Of a stretch of DNA of 64,000 nt, positions 24,955 through 34,404 are shown in pieces. Origin of the DNA: a virus (lineage: Duplodnaviria; Caudoviricetes); the IMG/VR virus record IMGVR_UViG_3300021426_000006, positions 39,223 to 103,222 of that record; one strand, given 5' to 3'. The translations under genes and the position numbers were made by a program. Numbering within the stretch: position 1 is the stretch's first letter; the number at the start of each line of letters is the position of its first letter. The notes beneath the pieces were generated by a model. That model was not told where the DNA came from. It did not search any database and saw only the letters and a program-made list of their open reading frames with translations.

Positions 24955-26490
24955 TTACCTGTTCCAGTATTCAGGATGAACAACATCTATCATATTGTTT
25001 GTAAAGCCGCATTTGTTGTATTCCTTAATAATCTTACTGTATTTATCCTTACGGATAAACATGACAATATTCTGTCTATACCACACCGCTATATCTTTAT
25101 TTGTCCAAATAATAGGGCGGATAATGTCAGCAAACACGTAACCTTTTTCTTCAAACAAAGTCTTCCAATATGTTAACCACTATTCATTAACATGACCTTG
25201 ACCGCCTTGTTTTGGAATTGCAGCAGAGAAAAGAATCACATCACTTGCTTCAGTCAGGGTTTCTACCAAATCTTTTGCATGTATCTTCTCAACGTGTTCT
25301 GCTACCTCTAAACATACAGCCAAATCTACTTTGTCAAGATGTAATACACCATTATTTAAGTTTTGGCAAATAAATTTATCAGCTATTTTTACACTTTCTT
25401 TATCGTACCACTCTCCATCTACAGCTGTTACCTTTACACCGAATTTCTGCAAAATTTCTGTCCAACAACATAATGCACAGCCTATATCAACGGCGGTCTT
25501 AGGTTTGTAAAATTTAAATATTATTTCCAGTATAGATTGAGGAGATCTCATGTTCCTTGTACGATATTTCTTATCGTTAAATGTATAAGGTACAGATTCT
25601 TTTTTATTATATTTTCCTTCAACTGACTTTAAATTATTTAATTCTTTTAATTTATTAACATTACCTCCGCAAATAATCTTCATGTCTCTAGAAATCCACA
25701 TGGTCGATGCTGTTTTTTTAAATCTTTGTTCATTAACAAGTTTTTCTTTCATCGGAAGCATATCAGGATTTACTGAAAAGAACAAGTCAAGACAACGTAA
25801 ATTATTATTCATATTACCTCTTGCGAATATTCTATCAAGGTAATCTTCCCATGATTTTGAATAATAATGATTTATCCACGCTTTTTCAAAAGAAAGATGG
25901 CCCCCATCTGACATGTCTGTAAGTTTACATCCTTTAAACCAATGTATATGATTAAGCCCTTCGCATTTCTAAACGTTTACCAAAGATTTTACATTCCACT
26001 GCCATGAATCGTTTGCTAATGTTGTACCATCAGGCAGGTGAGTAGTATAATTATCAACAACTTTTCCTTCTGGTCTTTTTATATGTCCATTAGCTCCAAA
26101 TATTCGCCAAGATAATAATACACCTCCGTAGTCTTTAAAATCTTCTTCAAGATGTATTAGATTATATCCCACTTCAAAAGAAATAAATTCATCTACATCA
26201 AAGAATCCACACCAGTCAGCTAAATGTTCCTTTTTACATTTTTTCAGGAATTTGCTATAAAGATCGTACTGTCCTTGTGTTCCCTTTGCGTATTTAGGAA
26301 TAAGTATAGATGCAGAATGGAGTTCTATCTTGTTATTTTCTATTAAATCTTTTAATAAACCCTCATGACTATCACTACCGAAGTCTTCAAAGATATATAA
26401 TTTATCAAATCCAACTGAAAGATAATATTCTGCCCATTCCCTGATAAATCTCTGCTCATTCTTTACAATGGCGCATATTATAGATTTCAT
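24955..26490 (-). CDS. glycosyltransferase (GT-A, GT2/GT92-like) fused to a class I SAM-dependent methyltransferase, 511 aa, TAG=Gln
   Basis: ICAIVKNE...EWAEYY, DXD motif FFDVDEF, INHYYSKSWED; then VDIGCA, AVDG, CLEVAEH, GGQGHVNE(Q)WLTYW; joined across 2 TAG codons. Confidence 0.8.
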
Positions 26491-26507
26491 ATTTATAAAA
26501 TTTTATT

Positions 26508-28136
26508 TTAATATCCACCATAATATCCCCCATCTTTAGGTTCTATATATTTCACAAGAGTAAAGTCTGGTGTTACATTGTTAGAGTTTATAATTTGCCA
26601 AGCATTTTCATTGTATTTCACAAAAGCAGGTGTGCACTGATTATTATTAAAACTCCAAGCCTCTATAACCATTGCGCCTTCTGGTATCTCATTTTCTCTA
26701 CCATTCGCTATTAAAACTTCTTTTATAGGTAAGTTACCAAATCTCTGTGGTAATATAGATGGTTGTGTAGAAAGGTCAGGATGTGAAACTGGATAGAATA
26801 CACCATCTTTATTTTGGAATATTACATCATTGCCAAATAATACTCGACCGTCATTACCAAGGATATTAGAATTGTAATTATAATCAAAGGTATTATAATT
26901 ACAATTATTACCAAAGGTATTATAATAGCAATTACTATCGAAGGTATTAGAATAGCAATCATTACCGAAGATGTTAGACATACAATTGTTACCAAAGGTA
27001 TTAGAATAGCAATCATTACCGAAGGCGTTATAATAGCAATTATTATCGAAGGTATTAGAATACAAATTATTACCGAAGGTATTAGAATAGCAATTACTAC
27101 CGAGGGTATTATAAGCGCAATTATTACCAAAGGTATTATAATTGCAATTATTACCAAAGGTATTATAATAGCAATTACTATCGAAGGTATTAGAATAGCA
27201 ATTTCCATTAAAGCATGCATTGTTACATTGTGCCTTAAACTTATTTCCGTAACAAACGGAATTATTGTTGCTATTTAGAAATGTTATATTATTAAGAATA
27301 AACCGTTGCTTACTCTAATAATTCCCATAATAACCTTCAATAATATTCTTTTGATTTTTGTTACCTTGTGCTGTTTTTGTATGATCTTCACCATTTATGT
27401 CAAATGTATATCTCCAAACAAAGTTTTTAGTATCAATAATAGCATCTGATGGATACATAGTGATTGCGGAATTAACTTCAGAAATACTTTTATATCCAGA
27501 ATAAGTATTCTTCAAAGCAGGACACTTTTCCATTGTAATAATCCTATACCTCTTAAATTGGATATTCTTAAAGTCATAGCCGCATTCGTTATCAAACTCA
27601 TCTTTCATCCACCATATAACACCCTTACCATTAGAGGTATCTGCCCACATAAAGCGTGTATCATCGTTATCCAAACAGTATTTTAGTTCCCACGCCTCTA
27701 ATTTTGACTCACTGAAATAGGTGTCTCCTGTATGTTGTATAGCACTTGCATTCTCGCTGAGTTTATTAGTACTATCTGCCCTAACTATAATATCAAATTG
27801 ATGTCCAGCAGATTGTGATTCTAATTGTGCCGTAGTAGTAACATAGTCGGTAATTCTGTATAATTGACCTGCTACGAGGTTTCCACCATCTCGAAGATCC
27901 TTGAGTGCTTGCCAAGATATACTTACTGGGCTCATATTTTCTTTAATGTAGTTCTCTACCTCTTCAATGCTAGATCCACCTTCAATATCACTGTCTTTTA
28001 AATATTGTGCTACGGCATTTGCGTCAAGTATATCTCCAGATGAAAAACCGTTTGAATCTCCAATAATAACGTTTGGCTAAATACGCTGCCCGAGATTATC
28101 GCGAATAGAAGTACTTAATAATTTTGATTTTCTCAT
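26508..28136 (-). CDS. tail fibre/spike protein with 9-aa beta-solenoid repeats (542 aa), TAG=Gln
   Basis: ATG 28136, 2 TAG codons; GQLYRITDY N-terminal domain and NCYSNTFGN-type repeats. Confidence 0.75.
26855..27205 (-). repeat. coding 27-bp tandem repeat, about 13 imperfect copies
   Basis: Unit approximately AATTGCTATTCTAATACCTTCGGTAAT encoding NCYSNTFGN. Confidence 0.85.
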
Positions 28137-28172
28137 AATTTAGCTAAATCTTTAATTTGTATATATATGGTT

Positions 28173-28197
28173 ATAGGGGGCCATATTGGTCCCCTAT
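28173..28197 (-). terminator. hairpin between dUTPase and the tail operon
   Basis: ATAGGGGGCCA-TAT-TGGTCCCCTAT inverted repeat. Confidence 0.45.
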
Positions 28198-28251
28198 TCC
28201 GTGAAGCTTTGCCATCCTATGTACGCTGCTTCCCAGGCTTTTATTACGTAA

Positions 28252-28818
28252 TTATTGAGCCTGCTCAAGGCTGCTTTGTGCCTCGCCGCTGCCCGTGTTT
28301 GCGGTCTCCTGGTTAGTAAGCTCGCTTTTCTGTTCCGGATAACCAGTAGATCCCGTTGGTGCGCTAACTTCTTCTGTTGTTATATTGTCAGTTGAACCAT
28401 ATCCTCCCTCACCACGTTCACTCTCTGAAAGAGTATCAGACTCTATCATCTGAATATCGTATACAGGAAGAATAAGCAACTGCGCAAATTTTTCTCCTTC
28501 TTTATAAACACTTGGTACGACATCGGTTGTAGTTTTAAATTTGCCCATAACTTCTCCTCTGTAGCCTGCATCTATAATACCCATGCAGTTTGTAAGAATA
28601 ATGGACTTTTTAAATATAGAGCTACGAGATACCAGCACTCCCATATATCCTTCTGGGATCTCGAAAGCCAAATCCGTATGATATACCAAAATCAACTGTC
28701 CGCACTCATTCAACTCGGTTGTGATACGAGTGGCAGTTAAATCAAATCCTGCGTCCGTGTTATGGGCGCGTACCGGAGCAACTGCTCGCGGATCAAGTTT
28801 CTTAAATTTAATTTCCAT
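28252..28818 (-). CDS. dut: dUTP diphosphatase (trimeric dUTPase)
   Basis: Motifs AGFDL, SRSS, GIIDAGYRGE, FAQL, RGEGGYGST. Confidence 0.95.
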   Translation of the reverse strand: MEIKFKKLDPRAVAPVRAHNTDAGFDLTATRITTELNECGQLILVYHTDLAFEIPEGYMGVLVSRSSIFKKSIILTNCMGIIDAGYRGEVMGKFKTTTDVVPSVYKEGEKFAQLLILPVYDIQMIESDTLSESERGEGGYGSTDNITTEEVSAPTGSTGYPEQKSELTNQETANTGSGEAQSSLEQAQ

Positions 28819-29015
28819 GCGTATTTATAAAAATTATTGTTTACTGTTTTCTCAGTATTAGTGCTCGCTTTATACGGTATGCGGCCAAACGCTAACAACG
28901 GTTAATTACTCCGTGCGACAAGGTCTTTTATGCTCTGCCCTGCAAGATGCCGACTGCCCTCAACGTAATTTCTAGAAAATTCTATAGTCTTTTCGCAGTC
29001 TGTTTTATTTTTGTT

Positions 29016-29103
29016 GTTCATAGTGGTGGTTACGCTCCGCCTTCTCCGGACATATTTGGCATTATGCTATAGCCGGCGCTTTTACTAATAAGCTAACTAT
29101 GAA
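29016..29103 (-). ncRNA. tRNA-like element with an expanded anticodon loop (pseudo-tRNA)
   Basis: TTCATAG/CTATGAA acceptor, GCTT/AAGC D-stem, CCGG/CCGG stem around a 23-nt loop, GGCGG-AGCGTAA-CCACC T-like arm. Confidence 0.55.
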
Positions 29104-29145
29104 ATAATGTACAATTTTAAATTAATAAACAAATGAAAAATAAAT

Positions 29146-29222
29146 TGGTCCCGGCGTCCGGTTCATCTCCAGATCTTGGAGGGTTAGAGCCTCCCGTGCT
29201 AGGAATCATACACCACACCGAA
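29146..29222 (-). tRNA. amber suppressor tRNA, anticodon CUA (probably Gln-charged)
   Basis: GGAGG-CT CTA AC-CCTCC anticodon arm (anticodon 29187-29185), Gln-like TGGTGT...AGCAC D-arm, 7-bp acceptor with three G.U pairs, encoded 3' CCA, non-canonical T-loop. Confidence 0.85.
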
Positions 29223-29452
29223 GGGGCTGGTCTTTTAACGACTGACCAGGAAGATGTCGTGTTTACTCCTATGACCTCACACTCGCAGCAGTGAGCGCTG
29301 TATTAGTGCCGGAACTTTTTAACGAGTGTCCTTCGACGACCCTTCTCGTGGGCATGTGCCCCCTCAAGTTACAAGTATGAAAGTTTTTGTTATCAAGAGC
29401 GCCCTACTGCAGTCGCGATCTGCTGTGTTCTTTTAACATGTAGGGCTATTAT

Positions 29453-29776
29453 TCACCAAGTGAAAGCGTACTTAATTCGCTTCCATAATCTCTTATACCA
29501 AGGCTCCTTCTTGCAGAAGTTTTCGATCATGCAGCGGCCACAGTTAAATGTCTCTGCAACATCCATCATAATCTTATCTACTAACTGGAATGTAGATATT
29601 GTGGCATTTATAGCTTTCAGCACAATAAAGTTTAACTCGTCTGTAGTAATACAAATACCATTTTCAACCTTTGCGTAGATAAAACTTACTTTTATATCAT
29701 CTGCCGACTCGCACCATGTAATATCTACGACAGGCATATTAGCCTTGGTTTTACTTGTTTTATTTTTCTTATCCAT
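29453..29776 (-). CDS. hypothetical protein (107 aa)
   Basis: Intact ORF; C-terminal PWYKRLWKRIK amphipathic helix. Confidence 0.7.
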   Translation of the reverse strand: MDKKNKTSKTKANMPVVDITWCESADDIKVSFIYAKVENGICITTDELNFIVLKAINATISTFQLVDKIMMDVAETFNCGRCMIENFCKKEPWYKRLWKRIKYAFTW

Positions 29777-29781
29777 ATTAA

Positions 29782-30129
29782 TTAATTTGACTCTTTACAG
29801 TTTGCGTCATTTTCGGATTTAGCACTCGCCCAGCGTTCCTTCTCTTCTTGCTGCTCTTTTCTATATTGTAGAAGGTTCTCAAGCCATTGCTCATTTTTAA
29901 CTACTACCATTCTGTTTTTAAATGATCCTCGATAAAAAGTAACAATAATATCTCCTTTTTCTACATCAGCTTCCGAGTGGTATTCGCCAGATCCGTATAC
30001 TACATGCATTGGATATTCTGCAATATATACTCTATCGATTGCAGTAATTTCAGTTTCCAACCTATTTGCAGTATTTGTCTCGTGATCAACTAAAATGTTC
30101 GATCCTGTTGTTATGTATAACGTCTTCAT
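29782..30129 (-). CDS. hypothetical protein (115 aa)
   Basis: Intact ORF coupled to the upstream gene. Confidence 0.7.
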   Translation of the reverse strand: MKTLYITTGSNILVDHETNTANRLETEITAIDRVYIAEYPMHVVYGSGEYHSEADVEKGDIIVTFYRGSFKNRMVVVKNEQWLENLLQYRKEQQEEKERWASAKSENDANCKESN

Positions 30130-30341
30130 TTGGAACTATATTTTTTATTTTTGTTCTCTTTATATCGCTTCTTCAACTTGAACTTAAACAGTTGATTAAA
30201 TAATATATCTCGTATATCTTCATCATCTTTCATCAACTTCTGTGTTTCAATAAAAGGATGTTTGCATACTGCCTATACTATTTCTAAATCTATATTAGTT
30301 CTTTTAGATACTTCTTTTGCGATCTAGTCAATGTCAGTCAC
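30126..30341 (-). CDS. HU/IHF-like small DNA-binding protein (71 aa), TAG=Gln; absent from the ORF track
   Basis: GTG overlapping the upstream TGA; ID(Q)IAKEVSKRTNIDLEIV(Q)AVCKHPF...ILFNQLFKFK. Confidence 0.6.
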
Positions 30342-30739
30342 TTTTCAACACCAAGTATTTCGTACAATCGAAGAAGACGACTGTCTTTTATTAAATCAAA
30401 ACGAAGACCTGCAGCGTCTCTAAATATTACAATATCTCCGATTTTAACGTGCATTTTCGCACCTGGTTCATCATAATAAGTAGGACACTTAATAACTACG
30501 CCCTTACGATAATCCGAATCGACTTCCTTAACCTCTGTTTCAACGTTGTCAAAGTTTTGTGCTTTGACGCCATTTGCATCTTCTACGGGTGTACCAGTTG
30601 AAACAGGTTTACTAAACTCTTTCTTAACTTTAACAGGCTCCAACGGTTTTACAAGAAAGTAGTCGAAAAAACTATATTTAATCTTTTCACTAATACTCTG
30701 TGCTACCGGAGTCTGATCAATAATCTCATTCTCTTCCAT
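30338..30739 (-). CDS. GroES/Cpn10-like co-chaperonin
   Basis: DYFLVKP...KGVVIK...VKIGDIVIF...EILGV pattern with a long mobile loop. Confidence 0.7.
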   Translation of the reverse strand: MEENEIIDQTPVAQSISEKIKYSFFDYFLVKPLEPVKVKKEFSKPVSTGTPVEDANGVKAQNFDNVETEVKEVDSDYRKGVVIKCPTYYDEPGAKMHVKIGDIVIFRDAAGLRFDLIKDSRLLRLYEILGVEK

Positions 30740-31152
30740 TACTTCTTCAAACTCTTAAGATGTTCTAACAGCGTCACCAAGTTTGTGAGAACTGCTTCTT
30801 TTTCCACTTTTACGCAAGTTGGAAGTCCTATTGTATCTTTTTCCAACGTTGCCAAACCGTCTTTATATTTGGCCAGAAGAGTATTGATTTCATCGAAGAT
30901 ATTGACAAAATTGGTTTTGTTGTCTTCTACAGCTTCGAGGTAACCCTCTTTTATCAGCTCTTTGGCGTATTCTTCGGAAATCTGAAACTCTGAATTGTAG
31001 CTAGACTTTATACTATCTACAGATTCGTCATCATTCTTATAAAACTCTTCCTTATGCTTAGAAACATACATCTTGGTAGATTCGTCGTATTCAAACAAAT
31101 CACCTGAGTCCATAACAAAGAATGGATCAATTACACGTAATATTTTTGCCAT
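30739..31152 (-). CDS. hypothetical protein, first gene of the leftward late operon
   Basis: Likely start MAKILRVIDP at 31152. Confidence 0.7.
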   Translation of the reverse strand: MAKILRVIDPFFVMDSGDLFEYDESTKMYVSKHKEEFYKNDDESVDSIKSSYNSEFQISEEYAKELIKEGYLEAVEDNKTNFVNIFDEINTLLAKYKDGLATLEKDTIGLPTCVKVEKEAVLTNLVTLLEHLKSLKK

Positions 31153-31316
31153 ATTTGTTTTAAATATTTTGAAATTACACCGCCATAACGGTGATGTACT
31201 AAAATACGGTTGCATTTACAGATAAAATTTTTTATTTTGCAACTTTTTGTATGCAGCATACGTTATACGGGTACAAATCCCCCTAAGAACCCCCTATATA
31301 ATATATTATAATATAC
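31153..31316. promoter_or_regulatory. divergent intergenic region (strand switch), presumed late promoters
   Basis: All genes to the left are on minus and all to the right on plus; AT-rich. No promoter consensus could be assigned. Confidence 0.5.
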
Positions 31317-31718
31317 ATGAATAAGAGTATAATAGATACATACACAACCATATACTTTGTAGATATAGTAGTAGCAAATAAATACGCAACATTAGAAGAA
31401 CTTAAAGAGTTGTATGTCTATTCAGATGGAGTAGAACTAGACAATGCTTTAACATCTGGTCTATGCACTACATCTACATGCAAAAGAAAGTCAGATAATA
31501 AAGATGTTGTTCTTATTAAGTACAATAAAGATTCTGATATAAAAGGCATAAATAAAACATTAGACCTCATAAATACTGTATGCCATGAATCTGGCCATGC
31601 TGTATTAGATATATACGAACATATGAGTCAGCAGATATGTAATTGTAGTCCGGAACCTTTTTGTTATCTTTTAGGATATGTTGCGGAATGTGTATATAAA
31701 ACGTTAACAAAGAAATGA
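31317..31718 (+). CDS. HExxH metallopeptidase-like protein
   Basis: VCHESGHA followed by EPFCYL. Confidence 0.7.
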   Translation: MNKSIIDTYTTIYFVDIVVANKYATLEELKELYVYSDGVELDNALTSGLCTTSTCKRKSDNKDVVLIKYNKDSDIKGINKTLDLINTVCHESGHAVLDIYEHMSQQICNCSPEPFCYLLGYVAECVYKTLTKK

Positions 31719-32206
31719 ATTTAATAGAACTGAATGCTATACTATACTATGCAGACTTTCTAAGTATGAAAGCTATATGTTAGCCTGTTACAGATAATTG
31801 TAAATACTTTTTTATACACGGAGCGCCTATAAATAGTCTATATATACTCGATTTAGAGCCGTTATATGACACAGATAATGAGTATTATAAGCAAGCTTTG
31901 ACTGAATATGAAGCAATAAAGAATAAGTTCGGCGAAAACGGTGTTGAAAGCTTTATAGACGATATATGCTGTATAAAAGCATGCGGTAGCGTAAACGCAG
32001 AATAGATGTTAAAGTGTATACATTAGTATAGCAATAAGAAAGAACGAGCAAACGCATTTGGCGTATACTATAATTGGAAAAACAATCAAGTTTACACACA
32101 TACTATAATCAATGAAGATGGAAAACCAGTAGAAAGACAATGTACAAAATACGTATACCACATTGAAAGAATGCTTGAAAGACCCTTTGTGGCAAAAGGG
32201 ATATGA
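31715..32206 (+). CDS. hypothetical protein (163 aa), TAG=Gln; absent from the ORF track
   Basis: ATGA-coupled start; open to TGA 32206 through 3 TAG codons. Confidence 0.75.
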
Positions 32207-32347
32207 GTATATAAGTAGAAATTTGAAATATAGATTAGAAAACGGCTGTTATGGAGAGTGAATACATACTTTTTATATTTGCAGCGGTAGCTGTAATATA
32301 TGCTGTAGCTAAAGATATTAAAAATTTGGTAAAAAACAACAAAAAAC

Positions 32348-32719
32348 ATGAAAAATTATACTAATATTTACGATATTGACGGTAATATCATACGTGCTGC
32401 GGGCGATAACCATAAAATAACGCTTGAAGAAGCACAAAAAATGATAGATTCGTATAAAGAAAAGCTACAAAATTGTGATAAAAATGACCCAAAAACAAGT
32501 GTATATAGAACATATATAACAAATCTTACACACTATGTTGTAAAACAATACGAAAATATCCCTTATAACAAACTTGCTGAAATGTTTGCTTCAAAAACAA
32601 AAGAAACTCCTTTAAATGAGCAAATAAATAATGCCATGAATGACCTAAAAGAGCAGGTTGAAGCAGAGCAAAAGGAGACAGTAATGGACGAATATGTAGA
32701 TTTTGAGGAAATATCATGA
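32348..32719 (+). CDS. hypothetical protein (123 aa)
   Basis: Intact ORF coupled to the next gene. Confidence 0.7.
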   Translation: MKNYTNIYDIDGNIIRAAGDNHKITLEEAQKMIDSYKEKLQNCDKNDPKTSVYRTYITNLTHYVVKQYENIPYNKLAEMFASKTKETPLNEQINNAMNDLKEQVEAEQKETVMDEYVDFEEIS

Positions 32720-33039
32720 ATGTAATATATAATAACATACTACCATTTAAAGGTTTTCAAGCAATGAACCTTTTTGGTATTATTCTAGCTCGAAAAGAAT
32801 ACGGAAAATTAAACCAGATAGTATTAAATCATGAAGCTATACACACAGCGCAAATGAAAGAGCTATTATACATACCTTTCTATATTTTATACGGAATTGA
32901 ATATCTTATAAATTTGATAAAATATCATGACGGAAATAAAGCCTATAAGAATATCAGCTTCGAACGAGAGGCTTACAGGTACGAACGACAGCTGGACTAC
33001 ATCGACGGAAGACAACATTTTGCTCAATACGAACTATGA
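32716..33039 (+). CDS. small HExxH (zincin-like) protein
   Basis: LNHEAIHTAQ...ISFEREAY. Confidence 0.75.
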   Translation: MNVIYNNILPFKGFQAMNLFGIILARKEYGKLNQIVLNHEAIHTAQMKELLYIPFYILYGIEYLINLIKYHDGNKAYKNISFEREAYRYERQLDYIDGRQHFAQYEL

Positions 33040-33248
33040 ACACTCAAACAATTAAAGGCCAAAGTCTTAAGTATTTTATACTTGGAAGTATTATATCAGC
33101 AGATAATGATAAATATACTGAAGACGTAAAGCAAGAGATAATGCAACGCATGAAAAAAGATCCTGAAAATTGGTCGTATATATTAGAACCATTAGGAGAA
33201 CATGCTAGTAAATACGTAGAACTTATAGAATCCGCAAACAATGAGTAA
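33036..33248 (+). CDS. hypothetical protein (70 aa)
   Basis: Overlap-coupled ORF. Confidence 0.6.
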   Translation: MNTQTIKGQSLKYFILGSIISADNDKYTEDVKQEIMQRMKKDPENWSYILEPLGEHASKYVELIESANNE

Positions 33249-33450
33249 TTACGAAGATATAGAAAAGTATAAAATAGTTGGTAAATACCAAGTTGTAGAG
33301 CTTAACAAGCTAGGTGGTAAAATTATTACCGATAACCCATTAGAAGCTGTTTGGGAGGCAAATAAATTCCCAGGGCAACGAGAAATAAGAAACATATGTG
33401 GAGAGGTTGAGTTCTATAAAGAGGGAGATAAATATAAGATAAAGAGATAA
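33241..33450 (+). CDS. hypothetical protein (69 aa)
   Basis: Overlap-coupled ORF followed by a terminator. Confidence 0.6.
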   Translation: MSNYEDIEKYKIVGKYQVVELNKLGGKIITDNPLEAVWEANKFPGQREIRNICGEVEFYKEGDKYKIKR

Positions 33451-33454
33451 GAAG

Positions 33455-33490
33455 ATCCGGGGAGCATTGCTCTTCGGATTTTTTTTTATT
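33455..33490 (+). terminator. intrinsic terminator
   Basis: ATCCGGGGAGC-ATT-GCTCTTCGGAT hairpin plus a long T-run. Confidence 0.85.
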
Positions 33491-33645
33491 TTTTATTTTG
33501 TTTTGTGGGTGTGGAAATGAGAAACTGTGACACGCATTCCCCCGGCATCGCTAGAAAAACGAAACTACCCCCTGTGGTTGCTCACTTCGTTCGCTCTTTT
33601 CAATCTTTTGTTTTGCTCCGCGTAATTAACTAAATCATTATCGTT

Positions 33646-33915
33646 ATGCGAAACACTACAAATTTCGACGATGCGTTCGTCGTGTTATTGGCTAAAAATG
33701 CTGGTGCCAACCCACACAAGTGCACAGCAAGCGTGCAATTAAGCATTCGTGAAGGCAATCCTCGCAAAATATTCAAATACCTTAATATCTATGAGGACCG
33801 CAGTCGTGGATGGGACAACAACGATGTACTCGTGTGCTCCATACTCTTGGGTTTTGACGCTGTTCCAAAACCTGTTGCTCCAAACCCATGCCTTGACGAC
33901 GACCTCCCATTCTAA
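33646..33915 (+). CDS. early protein with SSB-like C-terminal tail (DDDLPF)
   Basis: 89-aa ORF directly after repeat 1. Confidence 0.7.
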   Translation: MRNTTNFDDAFVVLLAKNAGANPHKCTASVQLSIREGNPRKIFKYLNIYEDRSRGWDNNDVLVCSILLGFDAVPKPVAPNPCLDDDLPF

Positions 33916-34005
33916 TCATGTGCCTGCTCACTGCGTTCGCAGTTGAGTGGGCATTTGTTTTGCTTTGCGTAATTAACTAACACGTTTAATCAATAAACAA
34001 AAGCT

Positions 34006-34185
34006 ATGAACAAAAAGTATCAAATCTTCAAGCGTCTCGGAAGTAATTGGAATCCGAGTTACGAAAACGAGTTTAATAACATTGACGATGCGAGGATGTT
34101 CCGCAACCTTCTGCAAAAGACCGAAAACGAGAATGCGGCGGATGGCTGCATGTGGGAATATTACATCGTCGAAGTTATCGAGTAA
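34006..34185 (+). CDS. small early protein (59 aa); absent from the ORF track
   Basis: MNKKYQIFKRLG...YYIVEVIE after repeat 2 with an A-rich leader. Confidence 0.65.
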   Translation: MNKKYQIFKRLGSNWNPSYENEFNNIDDARMFRNLLQKTENENAADGCMWEYYIVEVIE

Positions 34186-34305
34186 GCCCAACAGTGCAAT
34201 GAGAGTTTGCCGTGCTAAACGGCAGCTCTCTGTGCTGTGCCTCACTTCGTTCGGCTTTATAGAGCTATTGTTTTGCTTCGCGTTGTTAACTAAAACGTAC
34301 ACAAT

Positions 34306-34404
34306 ATGACCGCACAAGAAATCGGTGAGATGTTTGAAGAGATAGTAGAACACCTCGACGAATACGAATATCCAGCATGCTGGATTGTCCGTGGAAACAT
34401 GTAA
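34306..34404 (+). CDS. small early peptide (32 aa)
   Basis: MTAQEIGEMFEEIVEHL after repeat 3. Confidence 0.5.
   Translation: MTAQEIGEMFEEIVEHLDEYEYPACWIVRGNM

Noticed and set aside
26822-27220. 132-aa Ile-rich ORF, or a diversity-generating retroelement repeat
   Set aside because: It is an alternate-frame shadow of the 27-bp coding repeat; no reverse transcriptase or TR/VR pair was seen.
28-28136. Fragmented structural genes as pseudogenes or sequencing errors
   Set aside because: All traced breaks are in-frame TAG with no frameshifts, and a tRNA(CUA) is present; recoding explains them.
29100-29146. Theta (HDV-like) ribozyme 3' of the suppressor tRNA
   Set aside because: The downstream sequence is plain AT-rich with no nested double pseudoknot, and CCA is already encoded.
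32203-32347. Additional recoded gene between 32206 and 32348
   Set aside because: The ATG at 32203 closes after three codons; only a 37-aa hydrophobic ORF from 32250 is possible, too weak to call.
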